A stretch of DNA of 63,022 nt, counting the filler, from an uncultured archaeon (GTDB lineage: Archaea; Iainarchaeota; Iainarchaeia; Iainarchaeales; 1-14-0-10-31-34), in assembly GCA_964442255.1 (NCBI GenBank). It is 5 parts of 5 records of this genome, joined end to end, with 100 filler letters (N's around TTAATTAATTAA, not from the genome) between each part and the next. Parts side by side here need not be neighbours in the genome. Positions count along the whole stretch, not along the records: positions 17,303 to 32,909 come from CAYTYC010000027.1; positions 33,010 to 48,605 come from CAYTYC010000028.1; 3 more parts are not named here. The stretch is one strand, 5' to 3'. The translations under genes were made by a program, and so were the position numbers. Below the pieces are notes generated by a model. It worked only from the letters and a program-made list of their open reading frames with translations, did no database searches and was not told the origin of the DNA. Numbering within the stretch: position 1 is the stretch's first letter; each line of letters opens with the position of its first letter. Shown here in pieces: positions 27,598 through 36,390 of the stretch.

Positions 27598-28425
27598 TCA
27601 CTTCACTTTCAATGAAAAGTCAATTGAGCGCGCGGACTGCGTGAGAAAGCCAAGGGAAATGATGTCCGGGCTTAGTTTCGCGTAAGCCAAAAGGCTCTGC
27701 AGGTTTATTCCCCCTGAAAGCTCTACCAGCATGGAACGGTTTTTCCTGAGCTTTGGAATGGTTTTTTTCGCTTCCTGAACAGAAAAATTGTCCAGCATAA
27801 TTAAGTCCGGTTCCGCCTTCGCCGCGGAAAGCGCTTCCTCCGCATTCTTAACTTCCACGCCGACTTTTTTCGTGAAAGACGTTTTCTCCTTTGCCTTTTT
27901 TACCGCCTCCTCCGCGGACGCAAAGAAATGCAGGTGGTTGTCCTTCAATAAAACCATTTCGCTTAAGTTAAGCCTGTGCGTGTCCACTCCGGCAAGAGAG
28001 GCCGCCTTTTTGTCGAATTCGTTTAACCCCGGAAGGGTTTTTCTTGTGACGGCAAGCTTCACTTTTGAGCCCTTTGGAAGGGCCCCCAAAGCCCTTTTGC
28101 CTGCTGTTGCCACTCCGCTCATTCTCGCCAGAATATTCAGGGCAGTTCGCTCGGCGGAAAGGATTGAGGAATTGTTTCCGTGCACTTCCATAACCTTTGA
28201 GCCTTTTTCAATCCATTCCCCCTCCTTTTCCTTGAGCCTTGCCTCTGCGCCGAGCTCCCTGAAAACGAATTCCGCTTCCCCTATTCCCGCCAAAACGGCT
28301 TTTTCTTTCAAAACTATTTCCGCCCTGCATTTTTGTTTTGTGAGAAGGGAAGATGTTGCGTCACCCGGAGAAATGTCTGAATTCAGGAATTCCGTGAGAG
28401 AGGATTTCATGGAAGGGGAAAGCAT
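27598..28425 (-). CDS. nadC: quinolinate phosphoribosyltransferase
   Basis: GDATS, ERTALN, TRKTLPG, HR.NLS, LKDNH, IMLDN, SGGI. Confidence 0.95.
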   Translation of the reverse strand: MLSPSMKSSLTEFLNSDISPGDATSSLLTKQKCRAEIVLKEKAVLAGIGEAEFVFRELGAEARLKEKEGEWIEKGSKVMEVHGNNSSILSAERTALNILARMSGVATAGKRALGALPKGSKVKLAVTRKTLPGLNEFDKKAASLAGVDTHRLNLSEMVLLKDNHLHFFASAEEAVKKAKEKTSFTKKVGVEVKNAEEALSAAKAEPDLIMLDNFSVQEAKKTIPKLRKNRSMLVELSGGINLQSLLAYAKLSPDIISLGFLTQSARSIDFSLKVK

Positions 28426-28519
28426 TTTTTTTGCCTCGGTTTTTTTTTGGTTTTTTAATTAAACTTTTTTCCTGCAAATTTTTTTCCTGAAAAGTTTTTT
28501 ATTCCGTGTCAGGCGGTTT

Positions 28520-28601
28520 AATATCTCGGCTTTCAGGCCGATTGTTTTTTCTTGAGTTAAATTTTTGGGATACCCCGCCCTTTAGGGCGGGGAGGATGTC
28601 A
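28520..28601 (+). mobile_element. miniature IS200/IS605-like derivative (two hairpins, GGATGTCA end)
   Basis: TCGGC-TTTCAG-GCCGA and CCCCGCCC-TTTA-GGGCGGGG-AGGATGTCA; same end at 33063. Confidence 0.6.
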
Positions 28602-29364
28602 TTTTTACCCTGATTATTTTCGGGCCAAAGGCTTTATGCCTGTTTTCTTTCGCCCTTTTAAGGATTTTTTCAGCCAATTTGTTGTTAAACCTTTTTTTGG
28701 GCTTTTTCCGGGAAAATCCTTTTTCAATTGCCTTCAGAATCGGGTCAAGTTCCTCATAATCCGCGCCAAGTTCTTTTTTGTCTGTCTGCCCCCTGAAGAG
28801 TTCCGCGGTTGGGGCACGGGAAACGATTTTCTCGGGAATTCCCCTCCAGCGGGCAATCCCTTTCACCTCGCTTTTCAGTAAATCCCCCAAAGGAAAAATG
28901 TCTGCCGCCAAATCGCCGTGCTTTGTTCCATACCCTGTAATAAGTTCGCTTTTGTTTGCGCTTCCAACCACCAAAGCTTTTTTTGAGTTTGCGTAAGAGT
29001 ACAGCAGAATCATCCTTATCCGGGGCGCGAGGTTTGCCTTCGCGTTTTTTGTTTGCTTCCATTTGGCTTTGGAAAGGCTTTTTATTGCGGAATCAACGGG
29101 CTGCTCAAAATACTTTAATCCCGGGCCTTTTGCAACCATGAGCGCAAGTTCCCTGCTCTTCTTTGATGAAACCTTTTTGTAAGGCATTATGAGCGCGGTG
29201 ACGTTCTTTGCCCCCAGCGCGTCGGCAGCAATGAACGCGCACAGCGATGAGTCCAGGCCCCCGCTTAAGCCCAGCACGGCCTTTTTGAATCCCTGTTCAT
29301 GGAAGTATTTCCGTGTTTCATTCACAATGGATAGATATGTTTTGTGGGCTTTTTCAGGGCTCAT
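28582..29364 (-). CDS. nadE: NH3-dependent NAD+ synthetase
   Basis: LGLSGGLDS, RIRM, NKSE, GYGTKHGD, PTAEL. Confidence 0.95.
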   Translation of the reverse strand: MSPEKAHKTYLSIVNETRKYFHEQGFKKAVLGLSGGLDSSLCAFIAADALGAKNVTALIMPYKKVSSKKSRELALMVAKGPGLKYFEQPVDSAIKSLSKAKWKQTKNAKANLAPRIRMILLYSYANSKKALVVGSANKSELITGYGTKHGDLAADIFPLGDLLKSEVKGIARWRGIPEKIVSRAPTAELFRGQTDKKELGADYEELDPILKAIEKGFSRKKPKKRFNNKLAEKILKRAKENRHKAFGPKIIRVKMTSSPP

Positions 29365-29563
29365 TTCACATAAATCAGGTTGTTAAGTTTTTAAATAATT
29401 GACTTGAATTCAAAAAGCCTCAAAACCCTGTTGCTTCAAAAAATCAACTGCCTGCCACACGTGAACTCCATGATAATTTTGCCGTTCTGTGGGTGCCGAA
29501 AAGAGAAAAAAAAACAGTTGCCTTCGCCCTTTTTACAACAGGCTTCAAGGCCATCAGATTACC

Positions 29564-29676
29564 TAAACTGCGGCGGATTAAAGCATGCCGGATTTTTTTT
29601 TCCCGTAAACGGCCTGATGGAAACAATTCATTTGCCCGTTGAAATGGGCGGGGTTCCCGGAAAGGGGTTTCTAAAA
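29564..29676 (+). mobile_element. ~110-bp dispersed IS200/IS605-like miniature element, copy 1
   Basis: Closely similar to 36213-36322 (reverse) and 57646-57757. Confidence 0.8.
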
Positions 29677-29767
29677 AAAGAAAAACTCAAAGTAATTAAT
29701 AAGCCTAACTCTAAGCCCCGTAAACAACTATTAAATCTTTTGCCTTAATTGTTTAAAGAGTGGTTCC

Positions 29768-30352
29768 ATGGAAAAAGTTGTGATTATTTCAGGTTTTGCC
29801 GGAAGCGGGAAAAGCACGCTTGCAAAGAGGATTGCGGAGGAATTCAGGCTGGAGTATGTTTCCGCTTCCGCGTTTTTGAAGGAGTTAAGCCATAAATCCA
29901 TTGAAGACATTAAAAACGGGCAACTGAAAAAACAGGACGACTGGTGGGAAAGCAAAGAAGGCGAAGAATACCTGAAAACAAGGGAAAAAAACATGAGCAT
30001 GGACAAGGAACTGGATGAAGAACTATTGAAAAGAATTGAAAAAGGAAACATTGTGCTGGACTCAAAAACAATGGGGTATTTGAGCGACAAAGGCTTCAGG
30101 GTTTGGCTTCACTGCTCGCCGGAAAAAAGGGCGGAAAGGGTGTGCAAAAGGGACTGCATGGACAAGGAAGAGGTTTTGAGGAAAATTTTGGAAAGGGATG
30201 AAGTGGACGCGCGCATTTACAGAAAATTGCATGGATTTGAATTGGGAAAAGAGCTGAAAAAATTTGACTTGGTGCTGGACACAGACAATTTAAATGAAGT
30301 GCAGGTGCAGGAAAAAGTAATTAAAAGGCTAAAGGAAGAATGGAAGGCTTAA
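29768..30352 (+). CDS. cmk: cytidylate kinase (archaeal type)
   Basis: ISGFAGSGKST, DKELD, RAERV..RD, FDLVLDT. Confidence 0.88.
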   Translation: MEKVVIISGFAGSGKSTLAKRIAEEFRLEYVSASAFLKELSHKSIEDIKNGQLKKQDDWWESKEGEEYLKTREKNMSMDKELDEELLKRIEKGNIVLDSKTMGYLSDKGFRVWLHCSPEKRAERVCKRDCMDKEEVLRKILERDEVDARIYRKLHGFELGKELKKFDLVLDTDNLNEVQVQEKVIKRLKEEWKA

Positions 30353-30555
30353 AGCGATTTCACCACAAGCCTGATGTCTCCTGCCGTGATTGTTTTCCTT
30401 TTCGCGTGCTTTGAAAAGTTTGCGGCCCGCTGGCTGATTTTGATGCCGTGGTCTTCCAGCACTTCGCTTAACTCTTTTGCCGCATCCTCGCTTACCCTTA
30501 ACCCGGAAGCCTTCCGGATGATTCTGTCAACAGCCGCCAAAGGCAGTTCGCCCAT
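30349..30555 (-). CDS. archaeal histone (HMf-type)
   Basis: MGELPLAAVDRIIRKA..RVSEDA..HAKRKTITAGDI; GGTGAG SD before ATG 30555. Confidence 0.95.
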   Translation of the reverse strand: MGELPLAAVDRIIRKASGLRVSEDAAKELSEVLEDHGIKISQRAANFSKHAKRKTITAGDIRLVVKSL

Positions 30556-30724
30556 TATCTCACCCAATAAAGGACTAATTAAACCAGTATTTAAATATTT
30601 CTCTTTTTTTTCCAAAAAAACCGCTTTTTCTTGCTTTTTTAAACAAAAAATTTGTTTTCAGGCCTTTAAGCCTTAAAGCAGTTGAGAAATATCTTTAAAA
30701 CAGCTTCCGGATTCCTTTTAGTTT

Positions 30725-32866
30725 ATGCCTCCCCAGTACGTTAAGCATTCCCTGATTAAGCCCGGGGCAATGGAGTCCCGCTTATACCAGGAGGTTTTGT
30801 CCGCGAGGGCTCTGGAAAAAGGCAATTCACTGGTTGTCGCGCCCACCGCACTCGGAAAAACGGCTGTTGCCGCGTTGGTTGCCGCAAGATTGCTTGAAAA
30901 AAAGCCCGAAGAAAAGGTTTTAATTCTTGCCCCAACCAAGCCGTTGACCGTGCAGCACAGAAAAAGCTTTGAACGCTTTCTTTCGGTTCCCTCCTGGGAG
31001 ATTGCGCTCCTGACGGGAGAACTGAAGCCAAGCGAAAGGGAAAAAATTTTTTTGGAAAGCAGGGTGGTTTGCGCTACCCCCCAGGCAATTGAAAACGATT
31101 TGGAAAACAAAAGGCTTTCCCTTGGAAAGGTTTCACTGCTGGTGTTTGACGAGGCGCACCGTGCGGTGGGGGACTACAGTTACGTGAGGATAGCAAAAAA
31201 ATTCAGGGAAGAAAACCCATCCGGGCTGGTTTTGGCTTTAACCGCTTCCCCGGGGGGAACCCGGGCAAAAATAAACGAAATAAGGAAAAATTTGTTCATT
31301 GAAAACGTGGAAATCCGGGAAGAAGGGGATTTGGATGTAAGGCCTTACACGCATGAAATTGAAATGCGCTGGGAAACAGTTCAATTGCCCGCAAAATTTG
31401 TGCAGGCAAAAAGGCTGTTCGAATACTTCATCAAACAGCAGATGGATTTTTTGCATAAACTGGGTTATGCGAGAAACATTTCCCCGAAATTCATGCGCAA
31501 AAAGGACTTGCTTGAATTGCAGAAAAAGATTTCAATGGATGTTGCGGTGAAAGCAAAACACAATCCCGCAATCTATGCCGCGGCATCCCGCACGGCCGCC
31601 TTGCTTAAGGCAAGCCACGCGCAAATGCTTCTGGAAACCCAGGGAATTTCCCCCCTGAAAAAATATTTGGAGAAAATCATGGCCCGGGGAAAAGAGCCCG
31701 GTTCACCCAAAGCAATCGCATATCTTTTGAAGCAGCCTGAAATACGGAAAGCGGTTTCGCTTGTCGAGGAAATGCATGAAACCGGTACTGCACACCCGAA
31801 GGCTGAAAGGCTTGCGGAAATACTGGAAAAGCAGTTTTCAGGGAATCCCGGTTCCCGTGTGCTTGTTTTCAGCAATTACCGGGACTCCGGAAAATTTCTG
31901 GAAAACTTTTTGAAAACTGTTTCAGCGGTTAAGGCGAAACGGTTTGTTGGGCAGGCCCCGAGGGCAAAAGAAAAAGGAATGAGCCAAAAGGAGCAAATCA
32001 AGGCGATTGAGGAATTCAGGGAAGGAAAATTCAACACCTTGATTGCCACTTCAGTTGGGGAGGAAGGGCTGGATATTCCGGAGGTTGACCTGGTTGTGTT
32101 TTTTGAGCCCGTGCCTTCAGAGATCAGAAGCATCCAGCGCAGGGGAAGAACCGGAAGAATGGGCAAAGGGAAGGCAGTGATTTTAATGGCCAAAGGCACA
32201 AGGGATGAGGCGTTTTACTGGAGCGCGGTTTCAAAGGAAAGGAAAATGAAGTCAATGGTAAAGAGAATGAAGGGAAAAGACTCTGTACAGCAGGTTTCGC
32301 AGACCACTTTGCTGAAGTTTGACCGTGAAGCGGATGACAAAATCGTGATTTTTGCGGACACCCGGGAACAGGGCTCAAAGGTTTTGGGCCGCTTTGACGG
32401 AATTCCCAACCTTTTGGTTCACCTGAAGCAGCTGGACATCGGGGACTTCATTTTGGGAAAGGATGTTGGGGTTGAAAGGAAAACCGTTTCCGATTTTTTG
32501 CAGAGCATGGTGGACGGAAGGCTTTTTTCGCAGCTCCTTGACTTGAGCACAAGGTTTGAGAGGCCGCTGCTTTTATTGGAGGGAAATCCTGAAGAACTGT
32601 TTGAATTGAGGAACATTCACGAGAACGCTATCCGCGGGGCTTTGAGTTCAATTGCATTGGATTACCGGGTTCCGGTGCTTTTCACGAAAAATTGTGAGGA
32701 AACCGCGAAAATGCTTTACACAATCGCAAAACGCGAGCAGCTGGGGAAAGAAAAGGACATCAGGCTGAGGCTGGGGAGGAAAGGGCTAAGCGAGGCGGAA
32801 ATGCAGCAGTTCATTGTGGAGTCCCTTCCATTGGTTGGCCCGAAGCTTGCGCGAAATCTAGTTTGA
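30725..32866 (+). CDS. hef: Hef/FANCM helicase-ERCC4 nuclease; C terminus apparently truncated
   Basis: PTALGKT, DEAH, TASPG, EEGLDI, QRRGRTGR, DTRE, GDF, VERKT; ends within the HhH region. Confidence 0.92.
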   Translation: MPPQYVKHSLIKPGAMESRLYQEVLSARALEKGNSLVVAPTALGKTAVAALVAARLLEKKPEEKVLILAPTKPLTVQHRKSFERFLSVPSWEIALLTGELKPSEREKIFLESRVVCATPQAIENDLENKRLSLGKVSLLVFDEAHRAVGDYSYVRIAKKFREENPSGLVLALTASPGGTRAKINEIRKNLFIENVEIREEGDLDVRPYTHEIEMRWETVQLPAKFVQAKRLFEYFIKQQMDFLHKLGYARNISPKFMRKKDLLELQKKISMDVAVKAKHNPAIYAAASRTAALLKASHAQMLLETQGISPLKKYLEKIMARGKEPGSPKAIAYLLKQPEIRKAVSLVEEMHETGTAHPKAERLAEILEKQFSGNPGSRVLVFSNYRDSGKFLENFLKTVSAVKAKRFVGQAPRAKEKGMSQKEQIKAIEEFREGKFNTLIATSVGEEGLDIPEVDLVVFFEPVPSEIRSIQRRGRTGRMGKGKAVILMAKGTRDEAFYWSAVSKERKMKSMVKRMKGKDSVQQVSQTTLLKFDREADDKIVIFADTREQGSKVLGRFDGIPNLLVHLKQLDIGDFILGKDVGVERKTVSDFLQSMVDGRLFSQLLDLSTRFERPLLLLEGNPEELFELRNIHENAIRGALSSIALDYRVPVLFTKNCEETAKMLYTIAKREQLGKEKDIRLRLGRKGLSEAEMQQFIVESLPLVGPKLARNLV

Positions 32867-32909
32867 ACATTTCTATTGTTTTGGGGTTACATTCTATGAT
32901 TTTGTTAGA

Positions 32910-33009
32910 NNNNNNNNNNNNNNNNNNNNNNNNNNNNNNNNNNNNNNNNNNNNTTAATTAATTAANNNNNNNNNNNNNNNNNNNNNNNNNNNNNNNNNNN
33001 NNNNNNNNN
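32910..33009. other. artificial scaffold linker
   Basis: N-run + TTAATTAATTAA + N-run. Confidence 0.97.
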
Positions 33010-33063
33010 GACGTCCTCAACGAATTCAGGGAAACCCATGGCTTTAGCCGTGGAAGGATGTCA
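33010..33063 (+). mobile_element. end of IS200/IS605-like element at scaffold start
   Basis: CCATGGC-TTTA-GCCGTGG-AAGGATGTCA. Confidence 0.6.
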
Positions 33064-33078
33064 TTTTTTCTTTGCACC

Positions 33079-33351
33079 GTGGATGAAGCAAAAACCGCCG
33101 TAAAGAGAACGATACTGAGGAAATTAGTCAGCATTGGAAAAATTGGCGGAAGCCACCCCGCTTTAAGCAGCCCATACAAAGGATTGCCTTCTCATTTGAC
33201 TTCAAACAGGAAAGGGGCAAAAACCATAAAAAAAGCCGTTAAAGAAATGCTGAACGACGGACCCCTTACTTCAAAGGTTTCAACAGGCGAACTGCATATT
33301 TCAATCAATCCCGGAAAAACAAGGGAAGTGAAAATTTTCCTCGGCTTGTAA
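33079..33351 (+). CDS. hypothetical basic protein
   Basis: ILRKL..GKIGGSH..KGLPSH; upstream region interrupted by the element end. Confidence 0.5.
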   Translation: MDEAKTAVKRTILRKLVSIGKIGGSHPALSSPYKGLPSHLTSNRKGAKTIKKAVKEMLNDGPLTSKVSTGELHISINPGKTREVKIFLGL

Positions 33352-33479
33352 GCTTTTTAAACCTTTTCCAGCCCATAAAATTAAGTTAAAGCCTTTTTTG
33401 AAAAGGTTTATCAAAAGGAACTACGTTTTTAATCCTTTTTTTGAACCGTTAAACCAGCTTTGCTGGGAGGGATTAAAGA

Positions 33480-34445
33480 GTGAAAAAAGAAGACGCGATG
33501 CAGGCTTTGCGCAGAATGCGGGACATCAGCAAGCAAAGGCGCTTTGAGCAGTCCGTGGACATCACAATAAACTTCCGGGGAATCAATTTCAAGAAAACCG
33601 AAAACAGGCTTAACGTGGACGTGGACCTGCCGTTTTCCGCTGGAAAAGGGAAGGGAAAGTCGCTTGTTTTCGCGAAATCAAAGGATTTCGCTTCCGCATT
33701 GGAAGGAAAAGTTGAAAGAATTGTGATGGAAAACGAAATCCGGGGCCTAAGCAAAAAGGAAGCCGCGGAGATTGCGGACGAATTCAGCGTGCTGCTGGCC
33801 GAGGGCCCGGTAATGCTTACGGTCGGAAAATTTTTGGGCCAAACCCTTGCGCCGAAAGGAAAAATGCCGAAGCCCGTGCAGCCGAATGTTAAGCAGGTTG
33901 AAGAGCTCACCGCAAAACTCGCTTCTTCCACGCGGGTTTCAAACAATAAAGGAAAATTCATGCCGCTGGTTCACGTAAACCTTGGAAAGGAGTCCATGAA
34001 AGACGAGGAGCTCGCGGAAAACGTCATGGCGGTTTACTCAGCGGTTGTGGAAAAGCTTTCAAGCAAAGAGCAGGGCATTAAATCGGTTTTGGTTAAAATG
34101 ACGATGGGCCCGCCCGTGAAAATCGGGGAAAAGCCCGGGGAAGAAAAGGCTTCCGGCAAACCAAAGGAAGCAAAGCTGGAGGAAAAGAAAGAAAAGAAAA
34201 ACGGCAAGGCGGAAGAAAAAAAAGAAAAAGGAAAGCTTGGGGAAGGAAAACGGGAAAAAAAGAAGGAAGAAGCCGTCCGGGGAAGAAAAGAAGGAAAAGA
34301 AAAAGTTTTGGAAGAAAAAAAGCCGGATGAAGAAAAAACTGAAGCCGGAAAATCGGTAAAGAAAGAGTCCGGGGAAAAAGTAAAGGAAAAAGGTAAGGGC
34401 GAAACCCAGGCGAAAACCGAAGCAAAAGGCGGGGAAAGCAAATGA
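33480..34445 (+). CDS. rpl1: ribosomal protein uL1 with ~105-aa Lys/Glu tail
   Basis: RRFEQSVD, LAPKGKMP, KMTMGP. Confidence 0.95.
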   Translation: MKKEDAMQALRRMRDISKQRRFEQSVDITINFRGINFKKTENRLNVDVDLPFSAGKGKGKSLVFAKSKDFASALEGKVERIVMENEIRGLSKKEAAEIADEFSVLLAEGPVMLTVGKFLGQTLAPKGKMPKPVQPNVKQVEELTAKLASSTRVSNNKGKFMPLVHVNLGKESMKDEELAENVMAVYSAVVEKLSSKEQGIKSVLVKMTMGPPVKIGEKPGEEKASGKPKEAKLEEKKEKKNGKAEEKKEKGKLGEGKREKKKEEAVRGRKEGKEKVLEEKKPDEEKTEAGKSVKKESGEKVKEKGKGETQAKTEAKGGESK

Positions 34446-35717
34446 CGCGCCACACCCGTTCCTGGAAGGAATCCGAGTTCAGGGAATTAAGCGGGTTGTC
34501 GGAAAAGTTTCCGGTGGTTGCGGTTGCGGACATCCGATCTTTTCCCGCGGGATTGTTTCAGGAAATAAGGAAAAAACTTAAAGGCAGGGCGGAAATAAGG
34601 GTTTCAAAAAACAGGGTGATACGGAAAGCCTTCACCGAATCAAAGGCAAAGGAATTGATTGGGGAAATAAACGGCCCTGTTGCGGTTATTTTCACGGAAA
34701 TGAATCCATTTGAATTGTACGGCTTCCTGAAAAAAAACAGGGGAAATGTCCGGGCAAAGCCCGGGGACATTGCGCCCGGGGACATTGTTGTTCCCGCAGG
34801 CGACACAGGCCTTCCGCCCGGCCCTGCATTGGGTGAATTGAAGTCCGCCGGGCTTAATGTAAGGCTTCAGGGACCGACCATTTCAATCGCGGAAGACAAG
34901 GTTGTCTCAAAGAAAGGCGGGGAAATTTCTCCCCCTGTTGCGGCGGTGCTCGGAAAACTTGACATTAAGCCCATGAAAGTCGGCTTAAACATTGTCGCCG
35001 TGCTTGAAAAGGGCGAAATCTTCAGGGAAAACGTACTGGACATTGACTCCGAAGAAGTGTTCGCAAACTTCTCGCGGGCGTACAGTGAAGCATTTAATTT
35101 GGCGGTTGAAATCTCTTACTTCACTCCGGAAACAATAAAGCCTCTCCTGCAGAAAGCCTTCGCCGATTCAATGAACCTTGCAATCAATGCCTCGGTTTTG
35201 AACCCTGAAACAGTCGGGCAACTGATTGCAAAGGCCAACCTGCGGGCGCTTGCGTTAAAGGAAAAAATTCCTGAAACTCTTCCGGAGGAAAAACAGGAAG
35301 CTGGAACCAAAAAAGAGGAACCGGCTGAAGAAAAGCGGGATGAAGAACCCGCTGAAAGGAAGAAAAAAGGGGAATCTTCGGGCGAAGCTGAAAAAAAGGA
35401 AGAATNNNNNNNNNNNNNNNNNNNNNNNNNNNNNNNNNNNNNNNNNNNNNNNNNNNNNNNNNNNNNNNNNNNNNNNNNNNNNNNNNNNNNNNNNNNNNNN
35501 NNNNNCTTCTTTGGAAGAGAGGGGTGAAGAATCTTCTTTGGAAGAGAGGGGTGAAGAATCTTCTTTGGAAGAGAGGGGTGAAGAATCCCCTGAACCGGTA
35601 AATCTTTCTGAGGCAAAGGAAAAAAAGCCCGAGGAAAACAAAAAAGAAACACCCGAAGCAAAGAGTGAAGAAAAAAAGAAAGAACCAAAGGAAGATCCAA
35701 CGGAAAAAAAGGCGTGA
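34442..35717 (+). CDS. rpl10: ribosomal protein uL10/P0 with long acidic repeat tail (spans N gap)
   Basis: VSKNR, MNPFEL, AKPGDIAP, GDTGLPPGP; joining across the gap gives EESSLEERGEE repeats ending at 35717. Confidence 0.9.
35506..35587 (+). repeat. 27-bp tandem repeat (3 visible copies) next to the gap
   Basis: CTTCTTTGGAAGAGAGGGGTGAAGAAT. Confidence 0.9.
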
Positions 35718-35832
35718 AAAAAAAGGGGAAGAGAAAAAAGCTGAAGTGAAGGAAGAACAAGGCGAAGGGAAAGAAAAAAAATGGGGAGAGCGCTTAATTT
35801 TTTTTTTTCAACTGAAGAGGAGGTAAAAAAAA

Positions 35833-36141
35833 ATGGAATACGTATATGCTGCGATGCTTTTGCATTCCGCAAAAAAGGATGTTGACGAAAAGTCCGTGAC
35901 AGCGGTCCTTGAGGCGGCGGGCGCCAGCCCTGATTCAGCGAGGGTGAAGGCGTTGGTTGCTTCGCTGAAGGACGTTGACATTGACGAGGCAGTCAAACAG
36001 GCTGCGGTCGCTCCGGCGGCTGTTGCTCCGGCTGCGGCGGGCGGGGAAGCCGCAAAAGAAGAAAAGAAAGAGGAAAAAGCGGAAGACGAAGGAAAGTCAG
36101 AGGAAGAAGCAGCCGCAGGATTGGGCAGCCTCTTCGGCTGA
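35833..36141 (+). CDS. rpl12: ribosomal stalk protein aP1/L12
   Basis: [28 protein letters not shown]. Confidence 0.97.
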   Translation: MEYVYAAMLLHSAKKDVDEKSVTAVLEAAGASPDSARVKALVASLKDVDIDEAVKQAAVAPAAVAPAAAGGEAAKEEKKEEKAEDEGKSEEEAAAGLGSLFG

Positions 36142-36212
36142 ACTCCTTTCCTTTCTTTTTTCTTTTGATTCAGTGCCTTTTTGGTGAACCGAAACTCTTC
36201 TCCTCCGGGCTT

Positions 36213-36322
36213 TTTTAGAAACCCCTTCCGGGAACCCGCCTGTTTCAATGGGCGGATGAATTGTTTCCGTCAGACCGTTTGCGGGAAAAAAAACCCGGCA
36301 TGCTTTAATCCGCCGCAGTTTA
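36213..36322 (-). mobile_element. ~110-bp miniature element, copy 2
   Basis: Reverse-complement match to copies 1 and 3. Confidence 0.8.
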
Positions 36323-36390
36323 AAACCTTTTTTTTTTCAAAAAAGGTTTACAGCAAGCTATATAAATACTTTTAACACACTTTTTTTTCG

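Noticed and set aside
29404..29748. 114-aa ORF
   Set aside because: Reads through the 110-bp repeat element in an intergenic region
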